This document shows, in pieces, positions 35,665 through 48,700 of a stretch of 64,000 nt of DNA (position 1 is the first letter of the stretch; every line of letters begins with the position of its first letter). The notes below the pieces were generated by a model. It had not been told where the DNA came from and did no database searches. It saw only the letters and a list, made by a program, of their open reading frames with translations. The translations under genes and the position numbers were made by a program. Origin of the DNA: Macrostomum lignano (taxonomy: Eukaryota); NCBI GenBank assembly GCA_002269645.1, contig NIVC01002221.1:1-64000 (forward strand), read 5' to 3'.

Positions 35665-36043
35665 CCCTTCGCGCCTGCGGCGCGTGCGAGGGTTTATAGA
35701 GAATTTGAAGTGTTAGAAGTGTTGGGGTGTGTTGGAAGTGTTGGAAGTGTTGGAAGTGTTGGGTAGAGTAGTAGTAGGGAAAAAGACGCTTCTAGATCAG
35801 ACCTTTTTTAATGGTCGTTTATAAGGTTCCAGAGGGGGGACACGGGGGGTGTGATAAGATGAGTTGGGGATGGGTTATATTGATTTTTGGTATTAAGGGG
35901 TGTTGTGGGTGATTATGGGTGATTAGATGTGTTAAGGGTGTTTAGATGTGTTTTTTATTTACCCCCCGTGTCCCCCCTCTAGACCCTTAAAACGGCTGTT
36001 AAAAAAGTGCTCTGGGTCTGGAAGCGTCTTTTTCCTTACTACT
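35665..36043 (-). repeat. Right terminal inverted repeat, containing an internal fold-back and a (GAAGTGTTG)n insert
   Basis: Reverse complement of the left TIR. Arms 35767-35850 and 35961-36043 are inverted copies. The extra GAAGTGTTG run at ~35707-35762 is absent on the left. Confidence 0.9.
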
Positions 36044-36410
36044 AACATTATCTCAACTGGTTGCTATGGGAATGCCGAGCATGATCTCAACTGGTTGCTA
36101 TGGCTTGCCGAACATTATCTCAACTGGTTGCTATGGGATTGCCGAACATGATCTCAAATGGTTGCTATGGCATTGCCGAACATTATCTCAACTGGTTGCT
36201 ATGGCTTGCCGAACATTATCTCAACTGGTTGCTATGGGAATGCCGAACATGATCTCAAATGGTTGCTATGGCATTGCCGAACATTATCTCAACTGGTTGC
36301 TATGGCATTGCCGAACATTATCTCAACTGGTTGCTATGGCTTGCCGAACATGATCTCAACTGGTTGCTATGGGAATGCCGAGCATGATCTCAACTGGTTG
36401 CTATGGGAAC
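36044..36410 (+). repeat. 30-31-bp minisatellite (CCGAACATTATCTCAACTGGTTGCTATGGCATTG-like), about 12 copies, abutting the Polinton right end
   Basis: Direct reading; it begins at the first base after the terminal ACTACT. Confidence 0.93.
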
Positions 36411-36532
36411 AGTGAGCATGGTCTCGTCTGGTCGCTATGGTACCCTCGAACCTGATTTCGCCTGAATATCATAGAATAGCTACATGTAACGCACTTTAGT
36501 CAAGACCCACAATCCAGATTGCATCACCACCT

Positions 36533-36997
36533 GTGGATTTGACCCCGCCCCGACAGGAAGAGGCCCAGCAAGGCGTCCTGCACATCCCCACCATGCTGAA
36601 TCGCGACGCATTAGGCGACTCAGAAGAGGTCTTGCCATCGCCGCCGCCAACTACGGCCACCACGCCGCCGCCGCAGCTCAAGGTGCTGCCGTTAGAGTTA
36701 CCGCCGCTAGGGACGCCACCGCCGGATGCGGACACGGACACGGATGAGGATGTAAAACCGGACACGGATACGGATGTAAAACCGGACACGGATGCGGATG
36801 TAAAACCGGACACGGATGAGGATGTAAAACCGGACACGGATACGGATGTAAAACCGGACACGGATGCGGATGTAAAACCGGACACGGATGAGGATGTAAA
36901 ACCGGACACGGATGAGGATGTAAAACTGGACGCGGATGCGAGTGTGAATCAGGCACTGAATAGAAGCCAAAGCTTCTACGACAACTTGACAGATTGA
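36533..36997 (+). CDS. Possible low-complexity ORF or exon with a 24-bp (DTDEDVKP) tandem repeat at ~36722-36935
   Basis: GC-rich, codon-like Pro-rich segment followed by in-frame 8-aa repeats; no homology recognised. Confidence 0.3.
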   Translation: MDLTPPRQEEAQQGVLHIPTMLNRDALGDSEEVLPSPPPTTATTPPPQLKVLPLELPPLGTPPPDADTDTDEDVKPDTDTDVKPDTDADVKPDTDEDVKPDTDTDVKPDTDADVKPDTDEDVKPDTDEDVKLDADASVNQALNRSQSFYDNLTD

Positions 36998-37335
36998 TGT
37001 TTTTGCAGACATTGCTAGTTAAACTCTAAATTGGGAATCGCAAATAAAATATTTAATTATAGCCAGGTCTTAACTAAACAAACGGCAATACATTATACTA
37101 ATTCTTTGCGAATAACTCTTTGAATTCGAAGCAAAGCTTTCCAGGACAAAACGTTGCGGATAAACAGATCAACATTGTATCTTGCGATCTCCCTGTCCCT
37201 GTAGTTTTCTGTCCCGCAGTCTGATTCTCCACCGGGATGCTGCAGCAATCTGTCTGACCTCATAATGAGTACATATACATGAGCGTGAGGCTATGGTTCT
37301 TATTAGCTAATTCTTTTTAAGCACGGAGCTCACTA

Positions 37336-37340
37336 AGAGA

Positions 37341-37377
<37 letters not shown>
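37336..37377 (+). repeat. (GA)n microsatellite
   Basis: Direct reading. Confidence 0.95.
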
Positions 37378-37379
<2 letters not shown>

Positions 37380-38688
37380 GGACCTGGCTGGGCTGATGTT
37401 GGACTGATCTGGAAGCTTACAGCCCCTATTATAATTCCCATTATTAATTAGTGCCGTGAACGGCACGATCCAGCTCTGGTCGAGGCTGGGGGGGGGGTTA
37501 CAAAAAAGTCAAAGTCAATTTGGTCTGAGTCTGGCCGTGCAGAGTTGGATGAGTTACCCTGCCTTTGCCTCGGATGTATCGCATGGCTAGACAAGACTAC
37601 ACGATCTGGTTTTTTAGAGTTAACTTGCCTACTTCACTGATTCCTTTTTTTGTTCAGCCACGTGAACTATAGTTTTATACCTTAGTTATACGAGTGTTAC
37701 CTTTGTTTATTTGAGTCTGTCTTCATTAGCTTGATCAGATTGACTCGGTGAAAGAGCTCAGTAGTTTTCTGAGCTCAGCTCAGCTCAGGAAAACTACTCA
37801 GGAAATTTAACCCCGAACAAACAGCTGCAGGCACAGGAAGGTAAACCCAAGGTCACGGGTAAGTACAGTGTTCCAAGCAATGGCCCCAAAGCAACTTTTC
37901 ATACCGATAAACGAAACGATGCCTTGCACTAGCGTCGATGCTGGGCATAAAATCAAATTTTCTTAGATAAGACTGATCGTACTCTTATCAATGAAGCAGT
38001 TCTTCAGACTCGGGGAACAATCTCGCTAACCTAATGGATTTAAAAAACGAAAACAGCTCAACTCGATCGCCTCCGAGCTGTCCGGAGAGATTTGAGCTAC
38101 CCGGTCGCTCATCCCTTCATCCTCAGCTTCCCGAATGTTGACACCAGTGCTAAAGCACTGTCCATTTAGTAGCAGAGCTGCCCCCATTTCCTATTTAATC
38201 TCCTCTTCTCGCCGTCCGTCCGTCCTCTGTTTTTTTTCACTGCCGATGGTTGTTGAACTTGGCTACCTTTCCTGCCCATAGCTTACTCCGACTGATGAGG
38301 GCAGCTGTACTCAGGCACTCCCCATCAACCCTTCTCCCAAGTGTGCGCTGCAACTCGCGAGCGGACTCAGTGGGGCGGAGGTGGCTCAGGCATGGCAAGG
38401 AAGGAGAGGACTGCCTTTGATGAAGATACTTCCAGTCTCTGGGTCGGATGGAAATTTCCCTCCTTTAGCCCACTCTCACCGACCGACCCCTCCCCTCACA
38501 GTGCAAACTGTCGACCTCCCATCGCCGCTCCCCATCATTCCTAACAAACTTGGCCAATTCTGAGTCTCAGTCTCAGATCCCCTACCATCCCAATGGACTG
38601 GTGCACTCCCAGACTCACTGAGAGAGACGGACTTCTCTTCAGACTCCGACTCATACTGATGCGCTCAGTTCAAAACGCCCAGGCTCAC

Positions 38689-38689
<1 letters not shown>

Positions 38690-38750
<61 letters not shown>
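38690..38750 (+). repeat. (GA)n microsatellite upstream of synapsin
   Basis: Direct reading. Confidence 0.95.
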
Positions 38751-38753
<3 letters not shown>

Positions 38754-39707
38754 CAGAGCTTTGAGGATGGCTTGGACAGCAATCGAGGGTAGAGAGGAAT
38801 GATGGAGCAGAGATGCTGACTGAGCACTAGCCAATCCGCGTCCCCGGGCTCTGTCGCTTTTTGCCATTCTCCCAGAAGCCCCACCCCTCTCCTGTTCCTC
38901 CCTCTCCTTCGCCCCGTGAGCCTCCGCCCCATCGACGCACGCAGAGTCCGTCAGCGAATTGCCTTTGCCGCACGCGGATAAGAAACCTCAAGCAATATAG
39001 TAAGGGAAAGAGGGTTAGAGAGGCCCAGACTCTCTTGAGAACTTATAGGCCGCGCAGCCTTCTTCTTCCTCATCAACGTTCAACGTTGGCCAACCGAAAC
39101 TTTCTATAGCATCGGGTTTCAATTTCAGAGAGTGGAATAGTCGACCAAAGGCATCAGGCATGGGTGAGTTGGCAAACTTATAAAACCGATATCCTTGAAT
39201 GTTCTTAGTCAAGTCGATTTTAGCATGTCACGTCAACTAAGTTAGATGGAAGTCTAGTGGCTTTTTTCTATGGCTTCCGCAAGCTTGTAGATGAAGCTGT
39301 TCTGGAAACAATACCAGAAGAGGTTTTTATGGACTGGACTGGATCACGGGCAAAAATGTCAGTTTGGCGCCTCGTAGCGCTCGCTTTTCAATGAGCACTG
39401 TCTAAGCCACTCTGCCTCTCTCTCAAATCTTATGCAGCTCAACGTTGGCACGGTTTTGGGAAAATTCATCAATTATTTTTTACACAGGATGCAGCGGAAG
39501 GGTATAAGGTTGGGGATATTTATCCTCTGGGACGCACAGCGGATACGGCAGCTTAAAAAGGCTGCCTGCAGCTTAAATTATGCAGAGCCGCTGCCGGGGG
39601 AACTTACAGAGGGTATCTCAGTAGACAGACCTGGCTGCTTCAAGTCTTTCGCTTGATTCTGTTGCTGCTTCTCACGCCGAGCCTACCGCCAACCCGCTGC
39701 AGCGGAC

Positions 39708-42700
39708 ATGTTCGGCTACTTTAAGCGTCGCTTCTCGTCGGGCGACCTGCAAGGCGAAGCTGCGGACAGCCGTCAACAGCAGCAGCAGCAGCAGCAGCAA
39801 CGGCAGCAACAGCCGCAGCAGCAGTCGCACCAGAGCATCGCCGGCTTCTTCAGCAGCATCACGTCCGGCGGGCCGCCGTCGTCATCTGGACCGCGACCGC
39901 CGCCGGCGCCGAGCGCTGGCAACAGCGGCAGCTACGGCGGAGGTCCACCACGCCGCGGTCCGTATCCGAGCGCGCCAACGTCGCCTTCAAAATCGGCGCC
40001 GTTGCAAGCGCCGCCCCAGCAGCAACAACAGTCGGGTGGTGGGGGCGGCGCAGCCGGCATGTTTTCAGCTAGCGGCGTGGCCAACCTAACCGGTCAGCTC
40101 ACCGGTGCCACCGGTGGCCTCACCGGTCAGATCAGCAACACTATTCAGCGTGGCATCTTTGCCGCCAATAGGAACTACAATCCAGACCGGTGCAAGGTGC
40201 TGCTGGTTATTGATGAGCCGCACACTGACTGGTGAGCGGAGCTGGGAGCGCGGCTAGCATATCTTCAGGTGTACCGAATCTCAGTTATTGTCTTCATTAC
40301 GCTTCTTAGAAACTTGATTGGAGCTATTGAAGGAGAAGGATTTACGTAAGACCTGTGCAATATCAGAAAAATACTGAATACATAGAGACGTCGGTAACAA
40401 AACAGAGGCAGCAGAGGTAAACGTGTCTGACTTTCGTGGCATAGTATCTAGGCTCAGCCACCACGTGCGCAGCCACTTCAATTTGGGGCTCGTATGATTC
40501 TTGACCACGAGGGCCAATCTCCAAGACCTTCCTGCAAACTAACTAAACATCCACTAACCTTGTGTATTAATCTCAATTCAACAGGTCAAAGTACTTCAGG
40601 AGTCGCAAGATAATGACAGACTGGGACATCCGAGTTGAACAAGTGAGTTTGCTCGATCTTTGATGCATTTATTATACCTTTTACCGAGAATACTTTCTCT
40701 GAGAACTTAACATTTTTTGTCGCCGAATACGGCAAGGGTCCTAAGTATACAAGGATTTTTAATGACAGACGGTCAAACCTGAGACGGTCAATTAGGTCTC
40801 AAGTACAGAGTTTCACTTAGTAGACAGGTTGTTCAGAGTTGCTCAGAGACATGATTTTAAGTTTTGCTACAGTTGGGTTCAATGGTTTTAGGAAACGTTT
40901 CTAAATACATGTACGCTCGTACTACAAGGAGTATTCGGGCAGTGAGTGTGCCAGAGTGCAGAAATACTAAATATCCTTGCCCAACTAACACGCAGCGAGT
41001 AAGATCCGAAGAAATTGCAGCCCGGGACTGAGCTGACGGGCTCGGCCGGGCCGGAATAATAATGTTTTCTCTTTCCTCCCGTCAATTTCTTGGCAGGCCG
41101 CATTCAGCGACATCTGCTTGGTCTCGTACGCCGGCCAGGGCTGCCTGGTGGAGATATCCACTGATCGATCTGGCAATCGAGGCGGGCGGTGAGCAAACAC
41201 GGACCGTTCGAGCCCTTCCATCTATCCCCTTCTCTCCTCGGTCCTCTCTCCTTTTTCGCTTTTTTACCCCGACCTCCTGGCGGCTTCTATCCGAGCAACT
41301 GCTTTGGATGCGTTTCTTGAAGAAAGAGTGGGAGTAGGATCCAGCGACACCCCCTTGGGAGAGAAGCTGCTCAACCAACTGGCCAAGATTGAACTGCAGC
41401 GAGATTGAGGCAAGAAAGCCACGCCATGATAAGCGTATTTTACAACCGCCTACTTCTCCAAGTAGTAGTATGATTGTAACTTTTAAGGCGGAAGAGCGAT
41501 CGGTTAATATTTTATTAACATTTACGCTGTAAACTGGTTTTGGGTGAATCAAGTTTCAGTGCAGTCCCCTTCCAGGGTTGTCCCCAGTCTGAACTGTCAT
41601 GAATTTCTCATTGCCATAAGCCCGTTGCCTTGGACTTACCCTCTTGCTATCGAAAACGCATTCGCCCCTGCGTCACTGTCGGCCCCAAATCCGCGCCTAC
41701 CGCAGGGCGTTCCGGCCGGACTTTGCACTGGTGCGGCAGCGCGTTCGCGACGCCAGCACAGACTGGCGGTCCATCGTGATCGGCCTGGCGCACGGCGGCG
41801 TGCCCACGGTTAACCAATCGAACGCTCTATATGGTCTGGCCGAGAGGTCTTGGCTGGTGCGCAAGACTTTTTTGCTTTTCGTACAGTTGTGCCGAATCCT
41901 TTTCCCGTTGAGTTTCAATAGAATGGCTTTTTGATTGAAATTTCGCTTAGTTAAATTTAGAATTTATAGCAGACAAATTTCGATTCAGCCATCAGCGATT
42001 CAATGTAAACATCAGTAACGCAACTAGCAATCTAGTGCCCCCCTTCGGGGCGGCCACCAGATAGCAAGCATGCCCCAGATAGCAAGCATCCCCCAGATAA
42101 CAAGCATCCTCCAGATAGCAAGCACCCCCCTCCCAGATAGCAAGCATCCCCAGATAGCAAGCATCCCCCAGATAGCAAGCATCCCCCAGATAGCAAGCAT
42201 CTCCCAGATAGCAAGCATCCCCCAGATAGCAAGCATCCCCAGATGGCAAGCACCCTCAGATAGCAAGCATCCCCCAAATAGCAAGCATCCCCCAGATAGC
42301 AAGCATCCCTCAGATAGCAAGCATCCCTCAGATAGCAAGCATCCCCCAGATAGCAAGCATCCTCAGATAGCAAGCATCCCCCAGATAGCAAGCATCTCCC
42401 AGATAGCAAGCATGCCCCAGATAGCAAGCATCCCCCAGATAACAAGCATCCTCCAGATAGCAAGCATCTCCCAGATAGCAAGCATGCCCCAGATAGCAAG
42501 CATCCCCCAGATAACAAGCATCCTCCAGATAGCAAGCACCCCCCTCCCAGATAGCAAGCATCCCCAGATAGCAAGCATCCCCCAGATAGCAAGCATCCCC
42601 CAGATAGCAAGCATCTCCCAGATAGCAAGCATCCCCCAGATAGCAAGCATCCCCAGATGGCAAGCACCCTCAGATAGCAAGCATCCCCCAAATAGCAAGC

Positions 42701-45700
42701 ATCCCCCAGATAGCAAGCATCCCTCAGATAGCAAGCATCCCTCAGATAGCAAGCATCCCCCAGATAGCAAGCATCCTCAGATAGCAAGCATCCCCCAGAT
42801 AGCAAGCATCTCCCAGATAGCAAGCATCCCCCAGATAGCAAGCATCCCCCAGATAGCAAGCATCCCTCAGATAGCAAGCATCCCCCAGATAGCAAGCATC
42901 CCTCAGATAGCAAGCATCCCCCAGATAGCAAGCATCCCCCAGATAGCAAGCATCCCCCAGATAACAAGCATCCTCCAGATAGCAAGCACCCCCCCCTCCC
43001 AGATAGCAAGCATCCCCAGATAGCAAGCATCCCCCAGATAGCAAGCATCCCCAGATAGCAAGCATCCCCAGATAGCAAGCATCCCCAGATAACAAGCATC
43101 CCCAGATAGCAAGCATCCCCCAGATAGCAAGCATCCCCAGATAACAAGCATCCCCAGATAGCAAGCATCCCCCAGATAGCAAGCATCCCCCAGATAGCAA
43201 GCATCCCCAGATAGCAAGCATCCCCCAGATAGCAAGCATCCCCAGATAGCAAGCATGCCTCAGATAGCAAGCATGCCTCAGATAGCAAGCATCCCCCAGA
43301 TAGCAAGCATCCCCCAGATAGCAAGCATCCCCAGATAGCAAGCATCCCCAGATAGCAAGCATCCCCAGATAGCAAGCATCCCCAGATAGCAAGCATCCCC
43401 CAGATAGCAAGCATCCCCCAGATAGCAAGCATCCCCCAGATAGCAAGCATCCCCCAGATAGCAAGCATCCCCCAGATAGCAAGCATGCCCCAGATAGCAA
43501 GCATGCCTCAGATAGCAAGCATCCCCCAGATAGCAAGCATCCCCCAGATAGCAAGCATCCCCAGATAGTAAGCATCCCCCAGATAGCAAGCACCCCCAGA
43601 TGGCAAGCAACAAATATTTTGTTTGCCTGCCTCGAAATTCAATAGGACTTGCCTCCGCTCTTGACTTTTCCAAGGAACTGTCCATCATGAATCGCTGATG
43701 CCTAAAACCGAACTCGTCGTCAAACTAATCATCAAACCTTAATTAGCATAACGAAATCGAAGTGGTAAAATTTGAATCGCAATATTACTGAAATTAAACG
43801 GGAAATGTGTACTTTACGCTCAGCAACCTCAGTAAAATCATGCTTATTTCCGCACCACACATTTTGCCCATCTCAGTTCACTCATCTGGCCCAGATCCAG
43901 ACCCGCGTTGGAAAGGAAAATTTCCCACTGGTTGAGCAGGCATTCTATCCGAAATATCAGGATTTGGTGAGCATTTATTCATCTAATGAGCTTTATCTGT
44001 TTGTTATGTTTTCGTTTCATCGCTATTGAGCATTAACAACCCTGACTAGCATTTGGGAATGGTTTTTTCCTAAGGATGAATTGAATAAAATTGAATTGAT
44101 TGCCACGAAGAAGCTGGCTGGGCGGAATCCGAGTCGGCATAGGGAGCCAAAGTTGCGCTAAACAGCCTTTCGCTGGCTTCCTTCTCCACCCCTCAGTTCC
44201 TGGTCGGTGCAAGACAGCTCGCAATGGGCCAAGCCGAGACCGGCCCTTCTGGCCTTCAATTGAAAAGGCGGGAAAGATTATCGGGAAAGCGAGGGTCCAG
44301 ATAGCCAAAGCCCTCCTCTGTTCCCAGCAGGATTAGCCCAATTCTCCGGCAATCAAGCCCTGCTTCAGGAGGGAGCCGCATCCAGCTTCCCGTAGGATGG
44401 TTGGGAAACAGGCGAGAGATAGGAGTTAGGCTTTCCTCATCCGCGCTTAGATTGCCGCTATCGCGGGGCATCGCCCTATTCGTTACCGGGGAGGGGGCTA
44501 CTGGGTCCGGCTGCCTCGTGTACGCCCGCGCCAGGAGAATAGGCTGGCTGGGTAGCAAAGCCCGAGCGGGAAACCGACAGTTCGCACACCGTAAGCGGAA
44601 ATCTGGAGCCTTACTTGAATACAGATTCGGCTCTCGCCTAAGATTCGAGAGGAGTCCCTGTGCCTCCCTCCTCCCCCCTCACCCCGAATATGCCTCCTCG
44701 ATCCGCGCCCCTCGTCAGCTATAGCTACCTTCACAGACAGCCAGAAAGGTTGAAGACGGAGGGAGGAGAGAGCCAGAAGGAAAGATACACAATGGAAGAC
44801 CCGCCAGATTTGACCCCCCTATGGCTGCTGACGCATATGAATCGCTATCTTCAAGCAGTTTCTGTCTCTCTTGTTATGAATACTCTATCCCGCTATCCAA
44901 TCGAGCGAACCAATATAATATAGTAACGGTACCTGGCAACACGCATGAGCCGTGCCCCCCCCCGTCAGTACATAGGTCGATAGATACAATGGCGCAAGCC
45001 TTCCAAGGCGAACGGGGCAGACCTTTAAGAAGGAAAGAAGATGCATGCTATAGGGACGCTGCCAGCAGCGCAGTCTAGTGCACGAATACTTGATTTCGTC
45101 AGCAGTCTAAACGTGCCAGCGGCTGCCCCACCTGATTGAAAGTACTGCCAGTCATGTGCAGTAAAATTCGCCGCAAATTCAACAATGCTTTTAAAAAATC
45201 AAACAGCAACACACGGATTTTAATTCTACATTTGCCGAAAACATGAAAAGAAAAACGATTTGTCGCAGTCCCGGCCTTGTAGTGACTACTTTGTGTATTT
45301 TTATCTTTTACTTCTTAAGCGCAGACGGTGAGGAAAAGGATGGCTACAATTTGCAACAGTACGAACGAGAGGTTGCAGAAGCCATTGCTTAAAATTGCGA
45401 GGTCAAATTGTGCAACTTTTGCTGTTGACAGATGTTTGAATGAAAAAAGTCGAGCACAACAATTAAAAATTGATTCGAACTTGATAAGGTCGCTTCGAGA
45501 AATGGGATGGCAGTTTCTAGAGACCGTAATGATTTGCTTTATGTAGTAGACAGTAATAAATGAGGTAAATAAGCAGCTGGTGAAACAGTGAGAAAAGTTA
45601 GGCGAAAGAGAAAAAATGTTTCAAATTTAGCAGTACATCTGTAGCGTCGGATGTATTAATGGAATGGGTCAGCGAGTCCGCCGCAGGTTCAGGTCGAACC

Positions 45701-48700
45701 CGGGCTGCGTATTTTAGCGATGGACGAAGAAAAGATCTACAGTTGTAAATAGAGAAAAGCTGGCAATTACAGATCTGACAAAAACGCACTGAGTCTAGGT
45801 CGCTTGCTATGAGCCACATGAGCTTCCGTGATCCGTTTAGATAGCAGAGGTCGCATTATCTAGCAAAGTATCGGGTTGGAGACCACAGTATCCTAACATT
45901 GCACAGGGTCAGAGAATGCAGTGCTATATCTTACCAAACCTATGTTTTTTAGTTAGTTTTACAGGCAAGGGGGCTGTGTGCACCCTGGCGCACTTTAAGC
46001 GGCCTTTGTCACACAACTGGCGAGAGGCACACACAGGCACAGGCACACACTCACACAGGAGTGTACCGTGGCACTAACTTTATTAATCGTTGTTGGGCAT
46101 GTACACTTCACTGTGCCTTGGGAGTTGGCCTTCAAGAGCGGTAATTGCACGAGCAGAGCCAAGCCGAGATTCCAATTTAGTCACAAATTAATGTGACTGC
46201 ACTTGGAATCGAGCCTGGGCCGCTGGCACATTAGAGCGCCACTCTTGACTACTATAGGCTACCGCACTCGTGAAGATATACCAATATCTTTTTGGAAAAA
46301 CCTTAAGGCATGGTTTTGACTATCTAAATTACTAGTTACGAACAAAGTTTTCAAGTTTTCACGCTCAGTTAGTTTCACGCGGCTAACTCAGTGCCACTAC
46401 ACGAAATTTCTTACAAAAGAACACTGTCAAAAAACGGAGGAAAAGTCGGAGCGAAAAAAATGTAAGCAAAAATAGGCAAACAAGCAGTAGTACGGTACGA
46501 GTTTACGAGCAGTGTGGGACTTCTATTTTGATCGCAGCGCTGCTACTGCAAACAGTTTTCTAGTCAACCGCTAAAATATTCCCACCGACTAACAAAATGA
46601 ACTGACGATAAAAAGCATTGTTTACAAAGATGTGTATAGCTTTAAAGTACGTACTGCTCAGTATTGAACTAACCCTATTCAAAAGTCTACGAACTGGTCG
46701 ATGCGATAAGGCGTGTCCATGTGCTCAGTGCAGCTGTCAGCTTGCGCCCAGTTTCAAACGACAAAAAGACCTATATTTTGCGAACTGTTTGCTATACCAA
46801 TTATTCGAAAATAAACGATAGCAAATACTACAACGAAGGCGAGCAGTAAAATAAAATGGAACAGGAGATGGCGGTTCAGAGGACCATGACCAATATAGCT
46901 TGTGAGGTAGCAGATTATTGCTTATGTCTTTAGACATACAGCGCATAGCATGCGGGTAATAAATAAACAGCAGTATAAACAACGATTTGAGAGCGGCAAG
47001 CAGCCTAGGAACGATGGGTTCATTCCTTGTCGCATCTATGATTAACTATATAGATGATGCAAGGCAAATCTGCTCAGAAAACAATGACGCAATCGTAATG
47101 CCGATGATTGGTGCATAAAGCAGGTTAACATAGGTTAGCTACAAATTGTCGCCTCTAAACTTCAGGGAGCAGCTGGGGCTAGCTGATGAGGTGGGAGTGG
47201 ACGGGAGTCTAGACTGCATCATCATGATTTCCAGCGCCAGATAAATAAATTTACAAGATGCTTGTCTTTTCTATTTCCTGTAAGTCACTAATCTCGATCA
47301 TAGGTTTTTGATACTAAAAAATATTAAAAATTCTCAAAACTGTTTATTTAAACCTGATGCATAAAGCTGCGGCTCCCCAACAACAGTGGGGATTATATAC
47401 TTTCTAATCTGGGCGCTAAAAACCAGAACAGTATACAAAAGTTGCTTCGTTCGTTCTTGGCTAGGAAAATTGCAATTCTGTAGACCATATGTATTGTATA
47501 AAAAATGAGACCTATACTGTATGCTTGCAAAGTCTTTCATATATGACGAAGCTACCGTAAAAATAGGCGCTCGTAATGGGTTTAGAAAAAGCGATAAGGG
47601 AGGGATCAGGCAAGTCAATTTAGTTGATGGGTGACTCTGCAATTCGAGGCATGGCAGAGCCGTTTGCTCGATCGCGAGGTTCGAAAAACACCTCCGAGAT
47701 TACGGTTTTGGATAGCTATTGAGTTGTGGCAGTGCTTATCCTCACGGTACCGGAAGAATAAGAACTGTCTTTCTTGACTTGTCGGGATTAATCAAATAGA
47801 ATTTTATTCTTATAATTGCTTAACTTCAAATTTTGAGTTGTATAAATAAACTTTACGGAGAATAATTTCGAATCGCCCACGAGTTTAAGTATAGCATGCT
47901 TCACCCCTTGATGCCTTTCCAATTGGCTTCATACATCACATTGTTCTCCTGGCATTTCGTATAGTGACTCAAACTGGTCGTGTGCCATTCGCAGCGCCTG
48001 GCATAGGTGTACGGATTGTAGTGCATGGCGCAGTAGGCGTACCTGGGATAGCAGGCGCTGGGGTCCCTGTCCAGGTTGTACCGGCAGGTGACCATATCTG
48101 TGCTGCCGACCCGGTCTCCAAATGAAGCAATCTGCGTGATTGAAAGTGTGCTGTGCTTTATTTTGCTTTTATCTCATAATATGAGCTGTTTAGTTTCCTA
48201 ATAATTTGCTTCCTAATAATCAGTTTCTTAATCATCAGTTTCTTAATCATCAGTTTCTTAATCATCAGTTTCTTAATCATCAGTTTCTTAATCATCAGTT
48301 TCTTAATCATCAGTTTCTTAATCATCAGTTTCTTAATCATCAGTTTCTTAATCATTAGCTTCTTAATCATCAGTTTCTTAATCATTAGCTTCTTAATCAT
48401 TAGTTTCTTAATCATCAGTTTCTTAATCATTAGCTTCTTAATCATTAGTTTCTTAATCATCAGTTTCTTAATCATTAGCTTCTTAATCATCAGTTTCTTA
48501 ATCATCAGTTTCTTAATCATCAGTTTCTTAATCATTAGTTTCTTAATCATCAGTTTCTTAATCATTAGTTTCTTAAGCATTAGTTTCTTAATCATTAGTT
48601 TCTTAATCATTAGCTTCTTAATCATCAGTTTCTTAATCATCAGTTTCTTAATCATCAGTTTCTTAATCATTAGTTTCTTAATAATTAGCTTCTTAATCAT

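Larger units (their letters stand above)
16827..36043. mobile_element. Polinton/Maverick (adintovirus-like) integrated element, 19.2 kb
   Basis: Starts AGTAGTATAGAAAAAGACGCTTC at 16827 and ends GAAGCGTCTTTTTCCTTACTACT at 36043 (AGTAGT/ACTACT termini). AT-rich, compact genes with AAAATG starts. Encodes pPolB, rve integrase, A32-like ATPase, adenain-like protease, and major and minor capsid proteins. Confidence 0.97.

Noticed and set aside
16827-36043. Bacterial or phage contamination
   Set aside because: The gene set and AGTAGT TIRs are Polinton-specific and both ends join host-type sequence. A chimeric join cannot be fully excluded without reads.
44050-45080. GC-rich block in synapsin intron 5 with several ~80-105-aa ORFs
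   Set aside because: No recognisable domain, termini or splice pattern; probably a repeat fragment, so it is left unannotated.
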